This document shows positions 32,054 through 41,510 of a stretch of 64,000 nt of DNA, piece by piece. This DNA is from Myxococcales bacterium. GTDB taxonomy: Bacteria; Myxococcota_A; UBA9042; JABWCM01; BTVJ01. Position 1 is the stretch's first letter. The number at the start of each line of letters is the position of its first letter. A program made the translations under genes and the position numbers. Below the pieces are notes generated by a model, which searched no databases, had not been told where the DNA came from, and saw nothing but the letters and a program-made list of their open reading frames with translations. Location: positions 192,001 to 256,000 of the forward strand of contig BTVJ01000001.1 of NCBI GenBank assembly GCA_045863395.1, given 5' to 3'.

Positions 32054-35000
32054 TCACTCACCCGCCATGAGGACCCGGATGTTCCGCGCTCGCGCCTCCG
32101 AGATGCGCGCCTGGAACCGCCGCGGCGAGAAGCCGTTGAAGGAGAGAGACGCGTTCTGGAGCTGGCCGATGTGGAGCTGCCCGATGTCGAGCATGTTCCC
32201 GGCGATCTCCAGACCCTCCACCGAGGCGTTGAGCTGCTCCAGGCCGAGGTTCAGGCGCCGTGGCGTCTGACGCGGGTTCTGACCAAGGCCGAAGTAGCTC
32301 AAGGAGCCGCCGACGGTCAGGCCCGCGATGCCCGGGTGGGTCTCGTCGCCGAGCCGGATCACGGCGCCGGACGAGAGCGGAATCTCGCAGGCGGTCGGCA
32401 TGTCGAAGCGGCCGTCGATATTCGAGATCACCAGGTTCCAGAGCTCGAAGGCGGAGTCTCCGTCGCTCTCGGGCTCCGGCTCGTCGTCCGGGTCCGGCGG
32501 GAGCACGTCGGTCTGCGACGCCATGTTCCCGAGGCGCAGACGGCTTCGGTCGTGGGCCCGCTCCCGGTCCTCGTCGTTGCGCAGGTGCCACTGGAGCAGC
32601 TTGACGCTGCCGAACACGTAGTCCGCCTCCAGGTACGCCAGATTCCCGTCGGTCTCGAAGTCGATGGCCCACCCCTCGACGCCACCCAGATCGCTCTCCA
32701 GGTCGGCCATGTCGATCTCCCCGTTGGTGATCGGGATGGTCACGTCCGTCTCGAAGTTGGTGATCGCGAAGACGTAGTCCAGGTGGTACGTCATGAAGAC
32801 GTGGAAGTTCAGGTGCCCGTTCAGGTGGTCGAGGAAGTCCCAGGACGTGATGGAGTTTCCACTCTCTCCCTGCTCGCCGGACGACAGCGCGCCCACGTCC
32901 CGGATGGTGATGTCGGCCTGCCGAATCTGCAGATCCTCGATGTCCACCTGGTCGAGGCTCGGCAGGTCGACGCCCTCGGGCAGGACCGCCTCCAGGATCT
33001 CCAGGCGGATGTTCCCGTTGTCGTAGACGACCCCGGAGATGACCGTATTGCCGCTCTCCACGCGGGTCCCGGTCTGATCGCTGGTCACGCCGATGGTGTC
33101 GACGGCGATGGAGCGGACCTGGAAGTCCGAGCCGTTGGCCCGCCCGTGCATGTTCTCCAGGGTCAGGCTGTTGACGTCGATCTGGGTCGTGCCGTCGTCG
33201 AGCTGGCCGAGCTCGATGGCGCCCGTCGAGACGTCCGTCCAGAGATTCACGCCCTCCATGGCGACGCGCAGGCCGTCCAGGTCGAACGACCCCAAGCCCG
33301 CGCGCCCCGTCATCGCCCAGGACTGACCTTCGACCAGCGGCGCAGCGATGGTATATTCGTCCATCCACAGGCGGTTGATGGTCGCGGTCTTGTCTGCCGG
33401 CAGCGTGACCGTGATGCCTTTGTCCTTGAGGCGCACCTCCAGCCCAGAGACCGTGGTCGTCGGGACGTCGACGCGGTGCACGACGATGCTGTCGAGGCCG
33501 CCCCCTTGGGCCTCGGGGCGCCGGTGGACGGTCAGGTTGGCATGCGCGCCCGTCATCTCCGCCATGCCGTTCGACAGCAGGCTCACCTTCATGGTCGGGC
33601 TCTCGAACCCGAGCGCGTGCAGGCGCAGCGCGGGGATCGAGAGATTCGGGACGGTGACCTCCGTGTCGCTGACCGTGATGTCGCCCGTGTCGACGTGCTC
33701 GACCTCCACGGAGAAGTCGGTGCCGCCCGCTTGGCCCGTCACGCTGGCCGAGAGATCCTCGATGCGGGTGACGATGCGCCCGCCCTCCTGGAACGTGACG
33801 TGGAGGTCGTGGGCCGTGAAGCTGGCATCTGCGCTGAGGCTCGATCCGACCCGCACGGCGATGTCGTTGCCGACCACGGCGGCCACGTCGATCTGCGTGC
33901 TGGTGATGGCGCCGTCTGCCCCGACCCGAATCTGCTGCGCGTCGATGTTCGTGATGGTGAGCCCCGACGACTCGTCCCGCTGGCGGACGGAGACCCGACG
34001 GTCTCCCTGCGTGTAGAGCAGCTCGTCGGCGGACACCATGCCCACGTGCAGGCCGTCCACCTGGATGGTCGTCCCCGTCGTGCCGTCCGGCTGCCGGACG
34101 TTGGTCAGCGTCGCGTCGAAGCGGGTGTCGTAGATGTCGACCCCCGCCCGGGACTGGACGCGCTTGTCTCCCGAGCGCCAGTCGAGGCCGCCGAGGTGCA
34201 GGAGGCCCAGGTCCACGTTGCGGAGCCGCGTCGTGTCTCCGTCCGTCTCCACCTGGGCGTTCAGGTCGCGGGAGCCGCCCAGGTTGACCATGGTGACGTC
34301 ACCGGCCGGGTCGCCAAAGCGCAGGGCGAGATCCTCGGTGGACATGCCCTCGATGTCGTACTGGCCGCGGCCGTCTGCGAGCATCCCGATGCCCAGGTGG
34401 GCCATGCGCAGCCCGCCGGCGGCGTGCATGGAGGCGCCGATGGTCGCGTCGAGGCCGTCGAGGCGCAGCCCGTGGACGTCCGTGTCCATGACGAGCTGGT
34501 CCTCGGTCATGCGGAAGCCGCCCATGGTGATCCGGTCGGCGCCGCCGCGGCGCACGCGGATGTCCCACCCCTTGGACGCGTCCTGGTAGCGCACCCCCGC
34601 CAGGTCCGCCCGGTTGATCACCAGCTCGGTGACCTCCACCAAGGACGGCTCGGGCTGGTAGCGCCCGCGGACGGTGATGTCGTGGCCCTCCAGGCGCTCC
34701 GTGATGTCCATGCGCTTCGGCGGCCCGTTCCAGGCCACCCGGGAGAAGTCCAGCGTCCCGATGTGGATGTCGGGGAAGGCGATGGCTCCCGTGGCGCCGT
34801 CGTAGGTGAGGCCCGCGATGTCCGTGTCGTCCAGGCGCCGGATGGTCATGCCGAGGCCCGGCCGGTCCAGGGCGATGTCCGACCCACCCAGGTCCGCCAC
34901 GTTGACCGTGTAGCTCCCGGCCGTGGCGCTCGCCACGTCGATGCGCCCCGACGAGAGGGTGCCTACCCGGGCCGTCGTGTCATCCCCCAAGCTGGCGGCG

Positions 35001-38000
35001 AGGCCCGTCAGGCTGGTGCGATCCATCGATAGATTGCGCCACGTCGTGCCCGCGGCGGCGTCGTAAGTCAGCCCGACCAGATCGATGCCATCGAGGGATC
35101 CCTCGACCAGGTCCACCTGCATCGTGGAGGTGCGCAGGTGCAGGTCCGTTCCCGCCATGCGGTTGAAGTGCAGGTGGGACACCGTGACTCTCTGGAGCTC
35201 GCGAATCAGCGCCCCGTGCTCATCCCGCGTGCCCCAGAAGGCGTCTGCGATCACGGAGACACCTTCGAGGGTCACGCTCCCGGCGTCGATGCGCTTCTCG
35301 CCGCTGACCGCGTGGACACCGGAGACCGTCAGACTCCCGACGCTGAGCTCCGTCAGGCGGAGGTGGTCTGCGTCCACCTGCTCCACCTGGCCGTCCAAGG
35401 CCCGCAGGTCGATGTCCGCGACCTCGTTCTCTCCCTGTCGGGCGCCGGTCACGTGGACCCTGCCCACCATGGGCGTCCCCTCGCGGGAGCCCTGGACGCT
35501 GAGGCCGCCGGTGGGCATCTCCCAGCCATCCTGGAAGGCGTCGCCCACCCCGGTGATGCTCAGGTGCGCGTCCTCGATGGCGATGGAGTCCGCGTGGGCG
35601 CCACCACCCCACGCGGCCAGCTCCTGCTGGCGCCGCGCGTAGACGTGGATGGCGTCCCAGTCCTCCTGGGTTCGCTCCGCCTCCGCCTTGGCCGTCGCGG
35701 TCTCCGCCGCGGCCCGAAGGCTCTCGACCTCGGCCACCAGCCGCTCATGGATGCCGATCTGCTCGCGGACGGACAGCAGCTCCCCCGCTTGCGCCGGGGA
35801 CCGCTCCGCCAGCGCCTCCAGCTCCGCGAGGCGCCCCCGCAGCCGGTCGATGCGCCCGACCTGGTTGACCTCGGTCAGCGTCGCGCTCGTGGCGTCCACC
35901 GTGACGCGCCCGCCGTTGGCGCCGGTGTACCCGACGCCCAAGCCCGTCCCCTCGATGCGGTCCACCTCCATGCCGCCGGCCCGCACGCCGGTCAGGCTGC
36001 CGCTCTGCGCCGTGAAGCTGCCGCCGTGGTTCTGCATGTCCACGCCCATGGTCGCGCCTTGCAGATCCAGAGTGTCCGCGTGGAAGGACGCGTCGGCCCG
36101 GAGCAGCGCCAGGAGCTGCTGGTACTCGCCCTGCTCCTCCGTCGTGAGCTGCCCGAAGCGCCCCCGCAGGGCCGCGAGCCGCTCCACGTGCGGGCGCAGC
36201 GCGGCGAGCTCCCGCTCCTTGCCCTCCAGCTCCGCCCGCTGGTCCTCGTTGAGGGGCTGCTGCTGGCGCAGGCGCGTGATCTGCTCCTCCAACGCCTCGT
36301 GGCGGAGCTGCGTCGACGTGTAGCCCAGGTTGCGCCCCGTGATGGTGTCCGCGGTCACCGCCAGGGTCGCGGTCTGCGAGAGGCCCGGCTCCGTCGAGCC
36401 CGCAAGGCGCGCGTCGTGGTGCAGCGCCCCGCGGTCCGTGAGCTGGGCGTCGACCATGCCCCGCGCCCCAGGCAGCTCTCCGGTGATGCCGATGCCCGTC
36501 ACGTCGAGGGAGTCGGCGCTCACCCCCATCATGTTGGCGTCGCGGACGTGCAGGCCGCCCTCGATGCGCCCGTCCACCGCGACGGTCTGGAGCTGCGTCG
36601 TCAGCGTGTCGAGCTCCGTCTGCTCGTCCGCGTTGAGCGCTCCTTCTCCAGCACGGCGCTGCAGGTCCAGCAGCCGCGCCTCCCGCTGCTGCCAGAGCGC
36701 CAGCTCCTGCTCCAGGGCCGCGATGCGGTCGCGCTGCTCCTGGGTGGGGCGAGGCACTCGGCGCGCCTCGTCGAGCCGCCGCCGCACGTCCGCCTCCCGG
36801 TCGAGGGCGACGCGCACGTCGACGCCCTCCAGGCTGGCGCTGCCCACGTGGCCACCCCGGCTGTCCACCACGTCGGTGACCGCGATGGACCCCACCTGAA
36901 GGCGCAGGTTGAAGTCCTCGGAGAAGGCGGCGCGCAGGTGGTCGACCAGCGCCCCGAAGTCGCGGGTCCAGTCGCCGAAGAAGAAGCCGAGGGTGCCGAT
37001 CTTCCCGATGAACTCGAAGACGCGGCCGATGCCCTTCATCGCGTCTTCGAAGGCCGAGTCGCCCGCCAGCACCGGCGGCGCCCCGTCCCGCTGGCCAGAG
37101 ATGTCGAAGCCCGTCATCGTCAGGCTGCCGATGCCGATCATCCGGTCCGGGAAGACCAGCATCAGGTCGTTGATCACGAGGTTGTCGAGGCGCACGTGGA
37201 GCCGCGTGTCGGGGTCCACGTCGGTCGCGTACTTGGTCTCGAGGAGCACCCCTTCGACCGTGCAGGGCCCCGTGCGGATGGTCAGCGTGTCGACGAGCAT
37301 GTTGACGCTCTCGACGGGCAGGCTGGATGCCACCACCCGCACGAGGCCGCGCTCCTCGTCCACGTTGACGTCCAGCTCACCCGTGTCCTGCTGCCCCTCC
37401 TCGTCCTCCCGCTCCTCGCCGCCGGCGAAGCGCACTCCGCTGATGTGGCCCCCGAAGGCCTGCTGGAGCTCGTCCATCTCCAGCCCGCGCAGGTTCATGC
37501 TGTCCTGGAACCCGAGGACGTACCCGACGGTGCCCCCCTCGCCGCCCTCCGCACGCCCCAGCGCGTCGATGCCCTGCCCGATGGTGGTCAGGGTGTTGTG
37601 GTCCGTGCGGTCGACCACCGCCTCGTCGATGACCCCCGCGGGCCCGTACCCCATGCGGGCGAAGAGCTCCCCGTGGGCCGGCGAGTCGTTCCAGTGCTCG
37701 GCGATGCGTGGGTGCGCCTGCTGCATGAGGCCCGCCTGGGCGATCATGTGCAGCACCATGCGCAGGCGCCCGAGCGGGTCGGACCCGGTCGCAGGCCGCC
37801 AGAGGGCCGGGTCGAGGAGCTGGCCGAGCAGGTGGGTGGTGTCGCCGGACTCCTCCCCGTCGTACATGCCGAACTCGCGAGAGTCCCGCAGCTCCTGCGA
37901 CACGTTCTCGTCCATGCGCTGGTACCAGGTGGGGTCCTGGTCGATGAACTCGCGACGCATCCCTTCCGGGAGGGCGCGGATGCACTCGAAGGCGAGCCGC

Positions 38001-39958
38001 GCCTCGACGGCGGTGATCTCCCAGTCGAAGACACCGTAGGACATCAGGTCGCGCACCTGCTGCATGTTTCGCACGGGGTCCCGGTGGCGCAGGACGCGCA
38101 GCGTCATCACCCGGCGCTCCGCCCCCCACCGGGACTGCCCGAGCCGGTCGAGCAGGGTCTCGACGAGCCCCTGGCGGTCGAGATCCCGCGTCCAGGCGCG
38201 GCAGACGGGGCCGCCCTCGGCCCCGCCGGCGTGGTACAGGTCGCGGAGCACCCCGGCCATCTCCGCCTGGTTCGCCCGCCGGATGCGCTCCGCCACCTCG
38301 TCGAGCTGCTGCCGCGTCGACTGGAGGGTCGCCTGATCCTGGGCCCGCTCGGCCCGCTGCTCTTCGGTGGTCCCGCGCCCGGGCTCGCCGTCGACGAGCC
38401 CGTAGCCCCCCTCGTGGAAGTCGTGCTCCTCGCCGCGCATGACGCCGAGGCGCAGATTCTCCTCCATGCGCAGGAACCACCGGTTGCCGTCGCGCATGCG
38501 AAACGCATGCTGCGCGGTCTCGGGCAGGCCCCGGATCAGGTGGTAGGCCAGGATGGCCTCCGCGTCCGTGATCGCCCAGTCGAAGAGCCCATAGTCCAGG
38601 AGCTGCATGGCGTGCTGGATGCACATCTCCGGTGGGCGCGCCTGCAGGATGCGCAGGAAGGTCGCCACGTTGCCCGGCGCGTAGGCGACCTCGTTCGGCA
38701 GGTTGTCCACCCACCGCTGCATGAGGTTTCCGTCCCTGTGACCCTCCAGCCCGCGGACGACCGCGCGCAACTGCGCCGCGTCCCCCGCCATGGGGCGCAG
38801 CATCTCGAAGACCTGGGTGGCGTCCGAGTCGGTGACCGCCCAGTCGTCCCAGGCGCGGCGGAGCTGGCGGGCGATGCGCTCGATCGGGCCCTGGACCTGG
38901 GCCTGGAGCTCCTGCTCCTGCGTCGCCTCACCCCTCCGGGCCGCGTCCTGGCGCCGCAGCCGCTCCTCGGTCTGTGCGTTGACGCCACCTTGGAGCGTCG
39001 CCTGGGCCCCCGACGGCAGCGCGCGCCGCCACGCCCGGTAGGACTCGCCGCCGTCGTGGGCCTGGAAGCGCTCCAGCGACGCACGCGGGAGCCCCTGGAC
39101 CATGTAGAGGACCATCAGGGCCTCGTCCGTGGTGACCCGCGTCCAGAAGCCGCCGCCGGTCATGTCGAGGACGCGCGTCAGGCGCTCGGCGGGGGGCAGC
39201 GCCTGGCAGGTGGCGATCATCTCCCGCGGGTGCGCCTGGAAGTGCTCGGGCTCCAGGTTGTCGAGCAGGTCGTCGAGCCAGCCCCTCCCGATGAGGGACC
39301 ACGCCCGCGTGATGGTCTCGGAGGGCCAGTGGGACAGGATGTTCAGCACGTTGTGCACGTCCTGGTCGGACGTGTGGCCGCGCAGGCACTGCACCACGCG
39401 GGCGATCTCGGGCCCGTAGGCGGCGCGGATGGAGTCGAGCTCCTGCTGCTCGGTGCGCCCCGCGGCCCGGTCCTGGGCGGTGTCGCCGGCGTCGAAGTGG
39501 ATGGCCGGCCCCTCGTGCCGGTGCTGTCGCACATGGGCCAGCTCGTGGGCGAGCAGCCCGAGCCCCACGCCCGCGGCCTCGTCGATGGCCCCCGGACGCG
39601 CCACGACGGTCAGGCCCACGGCGGCGGCCTCGGCGCCCCCCGCCGCGAACACGACCGGGAAGTCCTCGGACAGGCGCACCCCGTGCAGGTCGCGGAAGGC
39701 CGCGAGGTCCGGCGCGTCGAGGCGCACCTGGCGCGAGGAGGACGTCCCCGCGAGGTGGGCCTCGATGCGAAGCACGTCCTCGGGCGACACGACACCGGCG
39801 CTCACCCCCCCGTGCAGCGCGGCGTCCAGGGCCGCCCGGTCCCCTGCCGCCGCCTCCAGGGAGCGGAGCACGGCCTGCGGCGAGGCCGGGGCCTTGTCGC
39901 GGGAGTCGCGGGTGTCACGGGTGTCGTCACGCCGTCGGGCGAGCGCCTGCTCAGTCAT
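32054..39958 (-). CDS. Giant (2634 aa) DUF4157/eCIS-core-domain protein with annexin-like helical repeats and a long beta-rich C-terminal region
   Basis: AGGAGG RBS; GLGLLAHELAHVRQ (HELAH at 39533-39547); repeats LDYGLFDWAITDAEA, MSYGVFDWEITAVEA, WDDWAVTDSDA; ~1800 aa of alternating hydrophobic beta-strand pattern; no signal peptide. Confidence 0.85.
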   Translation of the reverse strand: MTEQALARRRDDTRDTRDSRDKAPASPQAVLRSLEAAAGDRAALDAALHGGVSAGVVSPEDVLRIEAHLAGTSSSRQVRLDAPDLAAFRDLHGVRLSEDFPVVFAAGGAEAAAVGLTVVARPGAIDEAAGVGLGLLAHELAHVRQHRHEGPAIHFDAGDTAQDRAAGRTEQQELDSIRAAYGPEIARVVQCLRGHTSDQDVHNVLNILSHWPSETITRAWSLIGRGWLDDLLDNLEPEHFQAHPREMIATCQALPPAERLTRVLDMTGGGFWTRVTTDEALMVLYMVQGLPRASLERFQAHDGGESYRAWRRALPSGAQATLQGGVNAQTEERLRRQDAARRGEATQEQELQAQVQGPIERIARQLRRAWDDWAVTDSDATQVFEMLRPMAGDAAQLRAVVRGLEGHRDGNLMQRWVDNLPNEVAYAPGNVATFLRILQARPPEMCIQHAMQLLDYGLFDWAITDAEAILAYHLIRGLPETAQHAFRMRDGNRWFLRMEENLRLGVMRGEEHDFHEGGYGLVDGEPGRGTTEEQRAERAQDQATLQSTRQQLDEVAERIRRANQAEMAGVLRDLYHAGGAEGGPVCRAWTRDLDRQGLVETLLDRLGQSRWGAERRVMTLRVLRHRDPVRNMQQVRDLMSYGVFDWEITAVEARLAFECIRALPEGMRREFIDQDPTWYQRMDENVSQELRDSREFGMYDGEESGDTTHLLGQLLDPALWRPATGSDPLGRLRMVLHMIAQAGLMQQAHPRIAEHWNDSPAHGELFARMGYGPAGVIDEAVVDRTDHNTLTTIGQGIDALGRAEGGEGGTVGYVLGFQDSMNLRGLEMDELQQAFGGHISGVRFAGGEEREDEEGQQDTGELDVNVDEERGLVRVVASSLPVESVNMLVDTLTIRTGPCTVEGVLLETKYATDVDPDTRLHVRLDNLVINDLMLVFPDRMIGIGSLTMTGFDISGQRDGAPPVLAGDSAFEDAMKGIGRVFEFIGKIGTLGFFFGDWTRDFGALVDHLRAAFSEDFNLRLQVGSIAVTDVVDSRGGHVGSASLEGVDVRVALDREADVRRRLDEARRVPRPTQEQRDRIAALEQELALWQQREARLLDLQRRAGEGALNADEQTELDTLTTQLQTVAVDGRIEGGLHVRDANMMGVSADSLDVTGIGITGELPGARGMVDAQLTDRGALHHDARLAGSTEPGLSQTATLAVTADTITGRNLGYTSTQLRHEALEEQITRLRQQQPLNEDQRAELEGKERELAALRPHVERLAALRGRFGQLTTEEQGEYQQLLALLRADASFHADTLDLQGATMGVDMQNHGGSFTAQSGSLTGVRAGGMEVDRIEGTGLGVGYTGANGGRVTVDATSATLTEVNQVGRIDRLRGRLAELEALAERSPAQAGELLSVREQIGIHERLVAEVESLRAAAETATAKAEAERTQEDWDAIHVYARRQQELAAWGGGAHADSIAIEDAHLSITGVGDAFQDGWEMPTGGLSVQGSREGTPMVGRVHVTGARQGENEVADIDLRALDGQVEQVDADHLRLTELSVGSLTVSGVHAVSGEKRIDAGSVTLEGVSVIADAFWGTRDEHGALIRELQRVTVSHLHFNRMAGTDLHLRTSTMQVDLVEGSLDGIDLVGLTYDAAAGTTWRNLSMDRTSLTGLAASLGDDTTARVGTLSSGRIDVASATAGSYTVNVADLGGSDIALDRPGLGMTIRRLDDTDIAGLTYDGATGAIAFPDIHIGTLDFSRVAWNGPPKRMDITERLEGHDITVRGRYQPEPSLVEVTELVINRADLAGVRYQDASKGWDIRVRRGGADRITMGGFRMTEDQLVMDTDVHGLRLDGLDATIGASMHAAGGLRMAHLGIGMLADGRGQYDIEGMSTEDLALRFGDPAGDVTMVNLGGSRDLNAQVETDGDTTRLRNVDLGLLHLGGLDWRSGDKRVQSRAGVDIYDTRFDATLTNVRQPDGTTGTTIQVDGLHVGMVSADELLYTQGDRRVSVRQRDESSGLTITNIDAQQIRVGADGAITSTQIDVAAVVGNDIAVRVGSSLSADASFTAHDLHVTFQEGGRIVTRIEDLSASVTGQAGGTDFSVEVEHVDTGDITVSDTEVTVPNLSIPALRLHALGFESPTMKVSLLSNGMAEMTGAHANLTVHRRPEAQGGGLDSIVVHRVDVPTTTVSGLEVRLKDKGITVTLPADKTATINRLWMDEYTIAAPLVEGQSWAMTGRAGLGSFDLDGLRVAMEGVNLWTDVSTGAIELGQLDDGTTQIDVNSLTLENMHGRANGSDFQVRSIAVDTIGVTSDQTGTRVESGNTVISGVVYDNGNIRLEILEAVLPEGVDLPSLDQVDIEDLQIRQADITIRDVGALSSGEQGESGNSITSWDFLDHLNGHLNFHVFMTYHLDYVFAITNFETDVTIPITNGEIDMADLESDLGGVEGWAIDFETDGNLAYLEADYVFGSVKLLQWHLRNDEDRERAHDRSRLRLGNMASQTDVLPPDPDDEPEPESDGDSAFELWNLVISNIDGRFDMPTACEIPLSSGAVIRLGDETHPGIAGLTVGGSLSYFGLGQNPRQTPRRLNLGLEQLNASVEGLEIAGNMLDIGQLHIGQLQNASLSFNGFSPRRFQARISEARARNIRVLMAGE

Positions 39959-40280
39959 GGTGGGGTGCCTCCTGCCTGCGCCCACTGTACGGCGGGTGGG
40001 GGCGTGAGCGCAATTCCGAGGTGCCACGAAGGCCTGCGACTGCGGGGGCCTGCCGGGCGCCTGCCCTCCGAGGCCGACGGACGTTCGTGGCGGCCCGTAC
40101 CAGCCCACGGTTGCGCACTCAAGGCATGCTGTGGCACAACGGCCCCAGCCTCTGAGGGCTCGGCCCCACGGGCGACGAGGGGGCCCTCGTCGCAGGCTCT
40201 ACGCAGCGAGGCGTTGGTGCCGGACTTCGCGTCGCAGCGCTCGCATACGATGAGCGCACTCGTTGTCGGAGTGTCACATC

Positions 40281-41510
40281 GTGATCCGCACCATCGAGGC
40301 ATCCAACTTCCGCATGATGCGCGCCAATCGCGTGTCGCTTGGCCGCTTTCACGTCCTCGTGGGTCCGAACGCGTCGGGGAAGACCACGTTCCTCGACGCG
40401 CTTCAGTTCGTGTCCGACGTGGTCGAGCGTGGCGTGCGACAGGCGGTCGCGGACCGGTCGCCAAACTTCCACGACCTGTGCTTCACACCCGAGCGACCCA
40501 TCGGCATGGCGGTGGAGCTGGACGTACCGTCCGGCAGCGAGGGCAGAGCGGTGCTGCGCCACGAGATCGAGGTCGGCATCGTCGATGACCGTGGGCTGCG
40601 CGTGCTGCGGGAGAACTTGTTCGTGCGGCCCGAAGCCGATGACGGCGGCCACCAGCGCAGCTTGTTCGGCGACTACGCGACAGAGCAGGTCGTCAAGTCC
40701 AGCACACCTCGCCGCTGGCGAAAGGTCGTGGGCAAGACTCCAGAGGGTCGGGACTACTTCCAGGACGAGAAGACGAGCTGGAACAACGTGTTTCGCTTCG
40801 GTGACGACCGGTCTGCCGTCGGGAGCATGCCCGAGGACCCGGACCGGTTCCCGCTGGCCCTAGCCGCGCGCAGGGTGCTCCGCGAAGGGGTCCGGCGGCT
40901 GGCGCTCGACCCGCGGCGGCTCGCCGCCACTGCACCGCCTGGCGGGCGACCCGTTCTTGGCCTGGACGGCTCCAACCTCCCCTACGTCGTGCGCGACCTT
41001 CGGGACCGGGATCCGCGCCTCTTCCAAGACTGGGTCCGCCATGTGTCGTCGGCCGTGGGGGGGCTGAAGGACGTCGATGTTCTCGTTCGTGACGACGACC
41101 GGCACCTGGTCCTGCGCGCCCAGTTCGAAGGGTCGCACGAACAGCCTGTGCCCTCCTGGCTCCTCTCGGACGGGACCCTTCGGCTGATGGCGCTGACCGT
41201 GCTCAGCTACGCATCGACGGCCGAGCGGGAGGAGGCCTACCTCGTGGAGGAGCCCGAGAACGGGCTTCATCCGCTGGCCATCCAGGCGGCCTTCTCCGCG
41301 ATCTCCTCTCCGCTGTCGGGGCACCAGTGGCTCTGTGCTACTCACTCTCCCGTCTTCCTGGCGCACGTCGGTCTGGACGACGTGCTGGTCTTTCGCCGCG
41401 ACAGGCAGGGCTACAGCATCGTTCGGCACGGGGATGAGGTCCCGGAGCTTGCCGGGTGGACAACCCGCCGAAACCTGTCCGACCTCTTGGTCGCTGGGGT
41501 GCTCTCGTGA
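40281..41510 (+). CDS. ABC/AAA_21-type ATPase, MAD3-like (defence-associated)
   Basis: MIRTIEASNFR, HVLVGPNASGKTTFLD, signature LLSDGTLR, Walker B YLVEEPENGLHP, H-loop ATHSP. Confidence 0.88.
   Translation: MIRTIEASNFRMMRANRVSLGRFHVLVGPNASGKTTFLDALQFVSDVVERGVRQAVADRSPNFHDLCFTPERPIGMAVELDVPSGSEGRAVLRHEIEVGIVDDRGLRVLRENLFVRPEADDGGHQRSLFGDYATEQVVKSSTPRRWRKVVGKTPEGRDYFQDEKTSWNNVFRFGDDRSAVGSMPEDPDRFPLALAARRVLREGVRRLALDPRRLAATAPPGGRPVLGLDGSNLPYVVRDLRDRDPRLFQDWVRHVSSAVGGLKDVDVLVRDDDRHLVLRAQFEGSHEQPVPSWLLSDGTLRLMALTVLSYASTAEREEAYLVEEPENGLHPLAIQAAFSAISSPLSGHQWLCATHSPVFLAHVGLDDVLVFRRDRQGYSIVRHGDEVPELAGWTTRRNLSDLLVAGVLS

Noticed and set aside
35138..40588. 1816-aa + strand ORF and other long overlapping ORFs (e.g. 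1333-4371, 10996-13911, 23181-26099, 32171-35032, 46757-49660, 52149-54596)
   Set aside because: Antisense shadow frames of real genes in high-GC DNA; no motifs, and composition is rich in R/G/A/P/H/V.
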